Shown piece after piece: positions 36,998 to 46,479 of a stretch of 64,000 bases of DNA. The notes under the pieces were generated by a model. That model was not told the origin of the DNA. It ran no database searches and saw only the letters and a list, made by a program, of their open reading frames with translations. The DNA lies in the sequence record SRR31156797_4072. One strand, given 5' to 3'. The first letter of the stretch is position 1. Each line of letters begins with the position of its first letter. The position numbers and the translations under genes are program-made.

Positions 36998-38785
36998 CTA
37001 ATATTCGTAATCATTAGACAAAGTTCCATTACTTGCATCAATAAAGACTTGCCAAATTGGCCAGAACTGCTTTTCATCTGGATTATTAAAATACATAGAC
37101 TCAATTCGCTCATCATCTAAGTCATCCGGATCAATCCAAATAGTATTGGATTCATACTCTGCGGATTTATCATCTAGCTCTCCTCGATTTAAACCATAAA
37201 TCTCCAATGTTTCGCCATCTTCAGCTATCTGATAATATATTCTTTCCGGAACATCTGTATATTCTCCTGTTCTTTCTCTTAAATCATACATCTTCTGTTT
37301 TGCTTCATCTATTTTAGTCTTCAATAAATTCCAACGAATTAAATATTGCTTACGTAACATTTCCCCACAAAATTCAAATGCATTTTCGTCTACTAAAGCG
37401 TTAAACATTGCATCCTTTGTATTTAAAGCATCAACATATTCATCCACTTTTTCTGACCAATCGGATTGATCAAAAGCTCTTTGACGGATTTTTTTAAGAT
37501 AAGGAGCTGCTGCAGAAGGGCCGTTCAACTCATTCTCTAGCTCAGCTGCCATAAGAATAATCTCAGCATATCTCATATAGTTTTTATTGATTCCATCATC
37601 ACTTGAAGATGTTTGACGAATCATCCACTCGTAACGTAATTTACCAAAATATAAATCACCAATATTACTTAACTCCTGAGGAGCGAATCCATCAACAGCT
37701 TTTGCCCATCTATAAGGTACTATGGAAACATCTCTTCTTTTATCTTTAATATCAAAATCGTAAAATAAATGTGCATTTGGACCTGCCTGACCTCCTCTAC
37801 CTGTTCCGGTATATTGATCCGAACTAGAGTGTCTTACTCCAAATGTTGAAACATATCTCCCACGACTATTAGCCCATGGAATTTCCCATAACGATTCTCC
37901 ACCTGCATTTATGTTATCTTCACAGTTTTTGCGAAATACTGTTTCAAAATCATCTTCCAACGCTACATAAAAACCTTCTTGAGCCATTACATCCTTACAT
38001 TCCTGAAGAGCAATAGGATACATGTTCGTTACTGATAATTCCGGGTCATTACTTCTTCTAATTCCATCAGGGTATTGAGAATAACCTGCTGCAATCATAC
38101 ACAAACGGGCTCTAAATCCTTTAATAAATGCTTTATTTACTGTTTCAACAGTAGAAGTTGCGCTAGTTTCATTTGGCCACGGAACATACTTTGCAGCTTC
38201 TTCTAAGTCATCAATCAATACTTTGTAAATAGAATCACGGCTAACTTTAGAAACATATATAGTTGATGTAGTAATTGGATCAAATCTAGGAATTACATCA
38301 CCCCACGCTTTTAATAAATCACCGTAATAAATAGCTCTCAAAGTTAAAGCTTCACCTAATAACCTGCCTAGCTCATCATTATTATCAACATTACCATACT
38401 TTCTTAATCCTTGAATACATAAGTTAGCTCTTTCAATACCTTGGTACATCATAGCCCATGCATTGTTAGATGAATTCATTCGTCCATTTTGAGATGTAGC
38501 ACTATATGCAGCTAAAGCGGCATCATCATTAAACTCGCCTTCTGTAGATTTATAATGAAACTCAATATCTGTATTAAAACCATAGTAAGGTACAAACCTT
38601 CCCCTATGACTATTGGTTTCGGAGAATGCAAACTTAATTCCATCAACGGCTCCCTTTGCTAAATCAGGTGTTGAGTATAATACCGATTCGTCAATGGTTG
38701 ATTTTGCCGGTGTATCTAACAAGTCTTCACATGATGAAAAGCTCACCAATAAGACTAAACATATTATATATAATAAATTCTTCAT
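36998..38785 (-). CDS. susD: SusD/RagB family lipoprotein
   Basis: Lipobox FSSC; GEALTLRAIYY, MRYAEIILMAAE, ENAFEFCGEMLRKQYLIRW. Confidence 0.95.
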   Translation of the reverse strand: MKNLLYIICLVLLVSFSSCEDLLDTPAKSTIDESVLYSTPDLAKGAVDGIKFAFSETNSHRGRFVPYYGFNTDIEFHYKSTEGEFNDDAALAAYSATSQNGRMNSSNNAWAMMYQGIERANLCIQGLRKYGNVDNNDELGRLLGEALTLRAIYYGDLLKAWGDVIPRFDPITTSTIYVSKVSRDSIYKVLIDDLEEAAKYVPWPNETSATSTVETVNKAFIKGFRARLCMIAAGYSQYPDGIRRSNDPELSVTNMYPIALQECKDVMAQEGFYVALEDDFETVFRKNCEDNINAGGESLWEIPWANSRGRYVSTFGVRHSSSDQYTGTGRGGQAGPNAHLFYDFDIKDKRRDVSIVPYRWAKAVDGFAPQELSNIGDLYFGKLRYEWMIRQTSSSDDGINKNYMRYAEIILMAAELENELNGPSAAAPYLKKIRQRAFDQSDWSEKVDEYVDALNTKDAMFNALVDENAFEFCGEMLRKQYLIRWNLLKTKIDEAKQKMYDLRERTGEYTDVPERIYYQIAEDGETLEIYGLNRGELDDKSAEYESNTIWIDPDDLDDERIESMYFNNPDEKQFWPIWQVFIDASNGTLSNDYEY

Positions 38786-38803
38786 TTTTCGACTATTTTA
38801 GTT

Positions 38804-41800
38804 TTAGAAATTTAGATTAAGTCCAAAAATTAATTGACGGCTTTTAGGATAAGCTGAATAATCAACACCTGGTGTTAAAGGTGTCTTTCTTCGAGTAGAA
38901 ACTTCCGGATCAAAACCGCTATAATTTGTTAGTATAAATACATTCGTACATGTTGCATAAAATCTTAAATTGCTAATTCTTGCTTTTTGTACTAAAGATT
39001 TAGGTAGTGTATACCCTAATGTTAAAGTATTTAGTCTAAGGAAAGATCCATCTTCTACAGCCCAATCAGAAAACACATGTTTACTCATATATGGAGACCA
39101 CATGGTAGTAGATTCATTCATTGCAGCCAAGGTTTCCGGATCATTTACAACTTCACCTGTTGCCCAATCAATATTATTCCACCTTTTACCTTCTTCCATA
39201 ATATCAATCATATTTCGGTATTGATATTTACTTGTTGATGTATATTGTATCTTATTAGCATTATAAACATCAAAACCAATACTATAACTAAATACTGCCG
39301 ACAAGTCAAAACCATATGCTCTTGCTCCCAGGTTAAATCCTCCAATACAGAATGGATTAACATTACCAATATTCGTTACATCATCTTCTAAAGTTACAAC
39401 ACCATCATCATTTAAATCTTTTAATTTCATTGATCCCGGCCTTAACTCTCCTATAACACTTGAGTTATCCACAACACCATCTGCTAGTATCCACTGTTCT
39501 GATGCTTCATCGTAACCTTCAAAGTCAGAAACCTCATATCTTCCATCGGAGATATAACCTTGCATTTGTCCAACAGAACCTCCTTCCGCTATCCAATAGT
39601 CATTATTAATTTCAGTTGAAGCCCAAGCTGAATTATCTCCAAAGTCCTCCATAATTCCTAATGAAACAATCTTATTACGGTTTAATCCAATATTAAAACC
39701 AAGATTCAAGCCCCATTTTTGTTTATCTACAGCAATCCAGTTTACAGCAAACTCAATACCTTTATTTTCTGTCTCTCCCATATTTCTGTATTGATAATTA
39801 TATCCAATACCTGAAACAGGGAAACGAATTAATAAATCCTTTGTTGTATTCCAGTAGGCTTCAACAGTACCTGTAAGGCGTGTTCCAAACAAAGCATAAT
39901 CTAAACCTAAATTTCGTGTATATGTAGTTTCCCATCTCAAATCCGGATTCGCTAAATACTGAGAAGGAGCCCAATAATTAGTTATTTCATTTATTCTACC
40001 ATCTAAATATTTAGACTCATAAGATTGTACAATTTGATTTGATGGAATATTATTGTTACCTGCAGAACCATAGCTAAGTCGAAGTTTCAAATCATCTAAC
40101 CAGCCTTGGGTACCTGCCATAAAATTTTCTCCGGAAATACGCCATGCAACAGCTGCCGATGGGAAATACCCCCAACGATTTCCGTCTGCAAATTTACTTG
40201 ATCCATCTGCTCTAAAGGTTCCAGAAAAAATATACTTACTTCTAAAGTTATAATTTACACGACCAAAGAATGATAATAATTTAGTATCTGCACTATAAAA
40301 ATTGTCAACTGAAGAATTTGAACCTTGAGAAGTTAACTTAAATGCTTGATCTGAGTTAAACAAAGTAGGATAACCTTGAATTATTGAAGTATTAGTCACT
40401 CTGTCAGAGTGCAAAATTTCTTGTCCAATTAATGCAGATAAGCTATGAGACTCATTAGTAATTAAACCCTTAAAATCATAATTTAAAGTATTTGTATTTC
40501 TAATTCTCTGTGTTTTTCGATCAATTAATCTAGCTGCAGGTTGTCCTGTATAATCACCAGCTTGTTCTCTAGAATAATAAGTTGACAAACCATAAAAACG
40601 ATTATCATTATAGTAATAATTATCAATACCTAATTCTGTTTTAAGCTTAAGATTACTCACAATTTCCCAAGCTGCACTTGCGGCTAGATTTAAGTTTCTT
40701 CTGTTTTGATCTCTATCATTGTCTGCAAGGGCTACTAATGGTTCAACCAATTCACTTGAAGCAACTTCTTCGTCAATATCTGATTCTAATCCATTTAAAG
40801 GAATAGGAGTGTAAATAACACTATGTCTTAACCTAGCATCAGCCGAAGATGTTTCATTTTGTTCGTTTGCGCCACTTCCTTCAATATCGGTATCTGAATA
40901 TCTAATAGAAAAATTCAAATCTATTTTATCATTTGGTTTATGATTTAATTTTAACGAGAAGTTATTCCTTTTAAATCCAGAACCAAGCATGATTGCTTTT
41001 TCATCCAAGTGAGCATAACTAAAGGCATATTTCATTTTCTCTGTACCGCCAGTTATACTTAAATCATTACTTAAAACCTCACCAGTTCTTCCGTAAATTT
41101 GTTCTTGCCAATTGTTTCCCTTCATACCTTCATACAAATCTATATCCTGAAATGCACCAAAGTAATCAGTATATGAATCCAACTCATCGGGTCCATCTTC
41201 TAACATAGCATATTCATATTGCCATTTAACGTAATCCTCTGGGTCTAGAACGTCTAAAGTCTTCGCAATTTTCTTAACACCATAATAAGAATTAAAGGAA
41301 ACAGAAACCTTACCTTCTTTTCCTTGTTTTGTAGTGACGATTATTACACCATTAGCACCGCGAGCTCCATAAATTGCAGTAGAAGATGCATCCTTTAATA
41401 CATCTATTGACTCTATATCTGATGCAGGTATATCTGATATTGTTTCTACCGGGAATCCATCTACAATAAACAATGGTGAATTATTCTGTGTAATAGATCC
41501 TCCCCCACGAACACGAATTGTTATTTCTGCATCTGGAGCTCCATCGGTAGCGGTAACTTGAACACCTGCCATTTTACCTGTAATAGCCTCTGCCGCAGTT
41601 GTTACCGGAATAGCTCGTAGGTCATCTCCTTTAACTGATGCTACGGATCCGGTAATGTCTCTTTTTTTAACTGTTCCATAACCAACAGCTACCACTTCAT
41701 CTAATTGAGTATGGGAATCTACCAATACTACATTAATTGTTGATTTTCCGGCAACAGCAATTTCTTGTGTTTCCATACCAATAAATGATACAACAATAAC

Positions 41801-42028
41801 CGCTGTATTTAAGTCGTCAATATTTAAGGTGTACTCCCCGTTAATATCGGTAATTGTACCTACATCGGTTGTACCTTTTAACATGATTGTAACACCTGGT
41901 AATGGATCATTGGTTTTATCCGTTACCTTTCCTTTAAGCACTTGCGCAAAGCCACTCATACTGCACAGTAACAGCATAAGAAAACTTAGCATGACCAATT
42001 TGCTACTTTTTAAATGATTTTTTTTCAT
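38804..42028 (-). CDS. susC: SusC/RagA family TonB-dependent transporter
   Basis: LDEVVAVGYG, DIESIDVLKDASSTAIYGARGANGVIIVTTK, RADGSSKF, LRWETT, EDGSFLRL; start moved to MKKNH. Confidence 0.96.
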   Translation of the reverse strand: MKKNHLKSSKLVMLSFLMLLLCSMSGFAQVLKGKVTDKTNDPLPGVTIMLKGTTDVGTITDINGEYTLNIDDLNTAVIVVSFIGMETQEIAVAGKSTINVVLVDSHTQLDEVVAVGYGTVKKRDITGSVASVKGDDLRAIPVTTAAEAITGKMAGVQVTATDGAPDAEITIRVRGGGSITQNNSPLFIVDGFPVETISDIPASDIESIDVLKDASSTAIYGARGANGVIIVTTKQGKEGKVSVSFNSYYGVKKIAKTLDVLDPEDYVKWQYEYAMLEDGPDELDSYTDYFGAFQDIDLYEGMKGNNWQEQIYGRTGEVLSNDLSITGGTEKMKYAFSYAHLDEKAIMLGSGFKRNNFSLKLNHKPNDKIDLNFSIRYSDTDIEGSGANEQNETSSADARLRHSVIYTPIPLNGLESDIDEEVASSELVEPLVALADNDRDQNRRNLNLAASAAWEIVSNLKLKTELGIDNYYYNDNRFYGLSTYYSREQAGDYTGQPAARLIDRKTQRIRNTNTLNYDFKGLITNESHSLSALIGQEILHSDRVTNTSIIQGYPTLFNSDQAFKLTSQGSNSSVDNFYSADTKLLSFFGRVNYNFRSKYIFSGTFRADGSSKFADGNRWGYFPSAAVAWRISGENFMAGTQGWLDDLKLRLSYGSAGNNNIPSNQIVQSYESKYLDGRINEITNYWAPSQYLANPDLRWETTYTRNLGLDYALFGTRLTGTVEAYWNTTKDLLIRFPVSGIGYNYQYRNMGETENKGIEFAVNWIAVDKQKWGLNLGFNIGLNRNKIVSLGIMEDFGDNSAWASTEINNDYWIAEGGSVGQMQGYISDGRYEVSDFEGYDEASEQWILADGVVDNSSVIGELRPGSMKLKDLNDDGVVTLEDDVTNIGNVNPFCIGGFNLGARAYGFDLSAVFSYSIGFDVYNANKIQYTSTSKYQYRNMIDIMEEGKRWNNIDWATGEVVNDPETLAAMNESTTMWSPYMSKHVFSDWAVEDGSFLRLNTLTLGYTLPKSLVQKARISNLRFYATCTNVFILTNYSGFDPEVSTRRKTPLTPGVDYSAYPKSRQLIFGLNLNF

Positions 42029-42038
42029 ATTACTAATT

Positions 42039-43361
42039 TTAAAGTAAAGCATTTAAGTAGATCTCAATATTTGTATAGTTTTTATCCAGTTTATAAGTTG
42101 ATGCATCTGCTTTATTCTGGGGGTCGAGACCTTGTTTAACCTCCCATTCGTCAGGCATTCCATCTTTATCGGAGTCTAATGGTGCTTTTACAGGTAGTAT
42201 TTCTTCCCATGCTCCTACTTCATTCTGAGAATTAATAATACCATTTAAAGCTCCATGAGCTGTTCCTGTTTTTACTTCATTTATGATTCTTTTATCGATT
42301 TCATCTCTGTTTATACTTGCTCCTACTTGTGCTAATACATTATTGTATGCATCTATTGCAGACTCTATTTTATATTTTGATACTTCAGGCAGTTTCTTTT
42401 TGAAGTATTTACTAACAGTATCTTTCTCACACTGAACACCCAGCCAATTATCATTAGTAATTTCTTCATTGCCATCTAGTACATTATTATCAAATTGAAA
42501 CCATGCATAAGGATCGTATGGTTGTAGTAAGCGCACTTTGGCTGATTTTTTTGTTGCTGGTCCGGGTTTAAAATAGTTGCCAGAAATAATATATCTCCCC
42601 TGTTCCCCTGCATACATACACTTATAACCCCAATTGTAAATAACGTTATTCAGTATCTCAACATGTTCTGTCTCTGGTGTTGTTATATATCTTGACCCTT
42701 GCAAACGAGGATTTCTGCTGGTATGATGAGCCAGTAAATTATGATGAAAAGAAGCTTTCATCCCACCCCAAATTCCTCCATAACCATGTGCTCCTTTTGA
42801 ATGTACACTTTGGCTAAGGCTTTCACTGATAATGCACCATTGCAAGGTCATATTTTCATTATCGTACAAAGAACAAACTTCATCTGTGGCCCAGCTTACA
42901 CTGCAATGATCCACGATAATATTTTTATTCTTTTTACCGGTAAGTGCATCTAATTCTTCTTTGGCTATGTCGCCAGGACGAACTCTCAGGTAACGAATAA
43001 TTACATTATTGGCATTAATTCTGAGCCCATATCCTCTTAAACAAATACCAAATCCAGGAGAAGTCTGCCCAGCAATGGTTATATCATCATTATTAATAAC
43101 TAATTCTGATTTTAAATCGATGTATCCATTCACTGCAAAAACAATGGTTCTGGGTCCTTTTTTCCTAATCCCTTTTCTTAAGCTACCTTCACCTTCATCA
43201 TTTAAATTGGTTACCGTATAAACAATGCCTCCTCTTCCTCCTGTTGTATACTTTCCTGCCCCCTCTGCTCCAGGAAAAGCAGGAACACCTTTATTCTTGC
43301 CACAGCCAAATGAAAAACTTGATACGACAAAAACTAGTATTATGCTTAAAATTACCTTCAT
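42039..43361 (-). CDS. PL1 pectate lyase, lipoprotein
   Basis: AFPGAEGAGKYTTGGRGG, TIAGQT, VDHCSVSWATDE, RNPR, DSDKDGMPDEWE. Confidence 0.92.
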   Translation of the reverse strand: MKVILSIILVFVVSSFSFGCGKNKGVPAFPGAEGAGKYTTGGRGGIVYTVTNLNDEGEGSLRKGIRKKGPRTIVFAVNGYIDLKSELVINNDDITIAGQTSPGFGICLRGYGLRINANNVIIRYLRVRPGDIAKEELDALTGKKNKNIIVDHCSVSWATDEVCSLYDNENMTLQWCIISESLSQSVHSKGAHGYGGIWGGMKASFHHNLLAHHTSRNPRLQGSRYITTPETEHVEILNNVIYNWGYKCMYAGEQGRYIISGNYFKPGPATKKSAKVRLLQPYDPYAWFQFDNNVLDGNEEITNDNWLGVQCEKDTVSKYFKKKLPEVSKYKIESAIDAYNNVLAQVGASINRDEIDKRIINEVKTGTAHGALNGIINSQNEVGAWEEILPVKAPLDSDKDGMPDEWEVKQGLDPQNKADASTYKLDKNYTNIEIYLNALL

Positions 43362-43372
43362 ATGAAATTTAA

Positions 43373-44560
43373 TTATCGATCTAACTCTATAGCAGCCAGA
43401 ATAAATGGCGCCACTCCTTTAGTGTCGTTAACCACCTTCTTTTCTGTAATATAATATTCAAATGAGCCATCGCGGTATGGATTGCCTCCCAAGCCACATC
43501 CTCCACATATATCTATCATTTCAATGTGTCCATCTGGTTTTTCAATAACTAAATTGTTGATTATCCCGTCAAATGTGTCATTAGCCAATTGTTTATACTT
43601 TGAATCTAAATATCCTTTATTAGCACCTTTGGCAAAAACATAGGCAAACATTGATGAGCCTGAACCTTCAAGGTAATTACCTTCCCTTTCGCCCTGATCC
43701 AAAACCTGATACCATAAATTGGTCTTTGGATCTTTTACTTTTAATAAAGCTTCGCAACATTCATTCAGAATTTCTATTAAACGAGCTCTGTCTATATGAT
43801 TTTCAGGCAAATAATCTAATACATCAACAATAGCCATAACATACCAGCCCATGGCTCTGCTCCAAAAATGAGGTGATAATCCGGTTTCAGGATCACTCCA
43901 CTTTTGTTCTTTACTTTCGTCCCAGGCATGGTATAGAAGACCAGATTCAGCATCCCGGGTTTTGGAATATATTAATGTAATTTGTTGAGTAACTAAATCA
44001 AACCATTCTGGTTGATTAAATTCTTTGGCATACTGAGCCAAAAATGGTGAAGCCATATAAATACCATCAAGCCACATTTGGTAGGGATATCTTTTTTTAT
44101 GCCAATAACCACCTGTTTCAGTCTTTGGATGCTCTTCCATTTGCTGAACTAACTGGTCGATTACCTTTTTATATTTTTCCTTGCTTGTACGCTTATATAG
44201 CGTAATTACATTTTTGCCCGGATTAACCCGGTCAATATTATAATCCGAAAGCTTGTATTTATATATCGAACCGTCTTCTCTTACAAAAAAATCGATATAA
44301 TCCGACATATACTTAGAATACTTAGGATCAATATTTCCTAATCGGTCAATAGCCTGGCCTAAAAAAGCATAATCATATTCCCATTTAACTTTAGTAGGGT
44401 TTAAATAATAAACCAGACTATCGTATTGATGCATTACTGCATCTGCCATTTTAACCGACCACTTAGTTTCAGGAACAGTATTCTCTTCGATCTTTTTGTT
44501 ACCGGAAAACTGGCATCCAAAAATTATCAATAACGGAATAATATATAGTATATTTTTCAT
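43373..44560 (-). CDS. GH105 unsaturated (rhamno)galacturonyl hydrolase
   Basis: WHKKRYPYQMWLDGIYMA, LYHAWDES, FWSRAMGW, LWYQV, YLEGSGS; lipoprotein start MKNIL. Confidence 0.93.
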   Translation of the reverse strand: MKNILYIIPLLIIFGCQFSGNKKIEENTVPETKWSVKMADAVMHQYDSLVYYLNPTKVKWEYDYAFLGQAIDRLGNIDPKYSKYMSDYIDFFVREDGSIYKYKLSDYNIDRVNPGKNVITLYKRTSKEKYKKVIDQLVQQMEEHPKTETGGYWHKKRYPYQMWLDGIYMASPFLAQYAKEFNQPEWFDLVTQQITLIYSKTRDAESGLLYHAWDESKEQKWSDPETGLSPHFWSRAMGWYVMAIVDVLDYLPENHIDRARLIEILNECCEALLKVKDPKTNLWYQVLDQGEREGNYLEGSGSSMFAYVFAKGANKGYLDSKYKQLANDTFDGIINNLVIEKPDGHIEMIDICGGCGLGGNPYRDGSFEYYITEKKVVNDTKGVAPFILAAIELDR

Positions 44561-44573
44561 AAGAACTATCCAA

Positions 44574-46202
44574 TTATTTTTTACCAATTACATTTCCTTT
44601 TAAATAGGCTCCTGAAAGTTTTTTTGGAGCTAATTTTTCAACTCCAGGCAAAATATTATTGATCAAATAAAGTTCACTAGTATTCTCCACCGTTAGATAG
44701 TTCTTTATAGGGCTTACCTGAAAGCAATCACTAATTAAAATATCAGAAACTGATTTTAAGGCAATGGCTTCAACTCCTTCTGGAATCTTTGAAATACTTA
44801 AGTTTTTAATTTGAATATTACTTGCATTGGAGAACTCAACCGGAATTCCTTTTTTCACTTCTATTCGGATGTTATTCAAATCAATATTTGAAGCATAATC
44901 TCCGAATATTCCTGTTTCAGCATTGGCTACAATACCATTTAATGAGATATTCTGCACGTCACGCTCTTTTAATCCCAAAAATGCAATGGCCTGTTTGGCT
45001 TTATTAATTCGAATATTTGAGATCGATACATTTTTTATGGTTGGTGTTCTTTCTGAAACAGGCTCCTCTGGTGTTTCATGATAACGCATATTCATCATGA
45101 TACCTTGTTTTACAATATCATACATTACGATATTTGAAACACATACATCCTCAATAACACCACCTCTACCACGCATTGTTTTCATTCTAATTCCTCTGTC
45201 GGTACCCATAAAGACGCAGTTTGAAATTGTTACTCTTCGTACACTTCCCGACATTTCACTTCCAATAACTACACCTCCATGACCGTTAAGCATAGTACAG
45301 TTGGTAATTGTTATATTCTCGGTTGGTGAATCAGCTTCACGACCATCTTCATCTCTTCCGGATTTAATTACAATGCAATCATCTCCAACAGTAATATGAC
45401 TATTACAAATTCTTACATTTTTACAAGATGAAGGATCAATACCATCTGTATTTGGAGAGTCTCCAGGATTTATAATGGTAATTCCATCAATGGTAATATT
45501 CTCAGAGAAGGCAGGCATAATAGTCCAAAAAGGAGGGTTCTGAAATGTAACACCTTCTATACGTACATTATTACATTCATATGGCATAAATAACGGTGGT
45601 CGCAAGAAATTACCAATCTTTTGTAAGTATTCGTTCTTCTCAATCAGTTCTTTATTATTCTTATAAAATAATTGCTCCCATTTTGAATTCGTAGACTCCT
45701 CTCCTCTTTTTAAAGGCCACCAGAAATCCCACCATTTTTTTCCGTTTCCATCAATTAATCCTCTGCCTTTTATTGTAATATTAGATGCATTATGTGCGTA
45801 AATATTCGATTTAAAGGTTTTAACTCTTATTCCTTCCCATCTCGAATCAATCATTGGAAGGTAATCGTCAAAATTGTCGGTAAATTTTAAAACTGCACCA
45901 GCCTCCAGATTAAGCGTAATATTACTTTTCATTTCTATAGGCCCACTTAAAAAAGTACCTGTAGGAAAATAAACTTCTCCTCCACCTATACCACTCAATG
46001 AGTCAATAGCATTTTTAATAATATCAGTACATACTATTTTACCTGTATTATCAGCACCAGCATCTTTAATATTAATTTGCGTTGCATGTAAATATGTACT
46101 AAAAGACAGAGCCAACAATAAGGATAGCACCCAGTACTTCTTAAATTGACCATTGCTATTAAAATTGGCATATGAACAATTGTTTTTATTTACTTTCTTC
46201 AT
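44574..46202 (-). CDS. GH28 polygalacturonase
   Basis: PNTDGID, VGDDC, GHGGVVIGSE, GIRMKT. Confidence 0.94.
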   Translation of the reverse strand: MKKVNKNNCSYANFNSNGQFKKYWVLSLLLALSFSTYLHATQINIKDAGADNTGKIVCTDIIKNAIDSLSGIGGGEVYFPTGTFLSGPIEMKSNITLNLEAGAVLKFTDNFDDYLPMIDSRWEGIRVKTFKSNIYAHNASNITIKGRGLIDGNGKKWWDFWWPLKRGEESTNSKWEQLFYKNNKELIEKNEYLQKIGNFLRPPLFMPYECNNVRIEGVTFQNPPFWTIMPAFSENITIDGITIINPGDSPNTDGIDPSSCKNVRICNSHITVGDDCIVIKSGRDEDGREADSPTENITITNCTMLNGHGGVVIGSEMSGSVRRVTISNCVFMGTDRGIRMKTMRGRGGVIEDVCVSNIVMYDIVKQGIMMNMRYHETPEEPVSERTPTIKNVSISNIRINKAKQAIAFLGLKERDVQNISLNGIVANAETGIFGDYASNIDLNNIRIEVKKGIPVEFSNASNIQIKNLSISKIPEGVEAIALKSVSDILISDCFQVSPIKNYLTVENTSELYLINNILPGVEKLAPKKLSGAYLKGNVIGKK

Positions 46203-46304
46203 ATTGTTTATATTTTTCCAGTTCTCGAAATCAGCTTAGATAATGAATGATTCTAAACGAATGTTAACAATTGTAAAATTACAAGGCTATTAAATTCTCA
46301 AAGG

Positions 46305-46338
46305 GTACATTTTGTCTATTTATGGTGGATAAATTGTC
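46305..46338 (-). promoter_or_regulatory. Tandem direct repeat, candidate HTCS binding site
   Basis: Minus strand GACAATTTATCC-N10-GACAAAATGTAC (22-bp period) abutting TTTG at 46299-46302 upstream of the GH28 operon. Confidence 0.55.
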
Positions 46339-46446
46339 ACGAATACAGGGTGTTATTTATTCATCACACTATTTATCAATACATTACAAAATACCTTAAA
46401 ATTCCTGTTTTGTACAATTTTCAAGTTAAATTGGATTAATATTTTC

Positions 46447-46454
46447 TATATTTG
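46447..46454 (+). promoter_or_regulatory. Sigma-A -7 element for HTCS gene
   Basis: TATATTTG 25 nt upstream of the GTG start. Confidence 0.5.
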
Positions 46455-46479
46455 CTTAAGATACTATTAGTAATACCGC

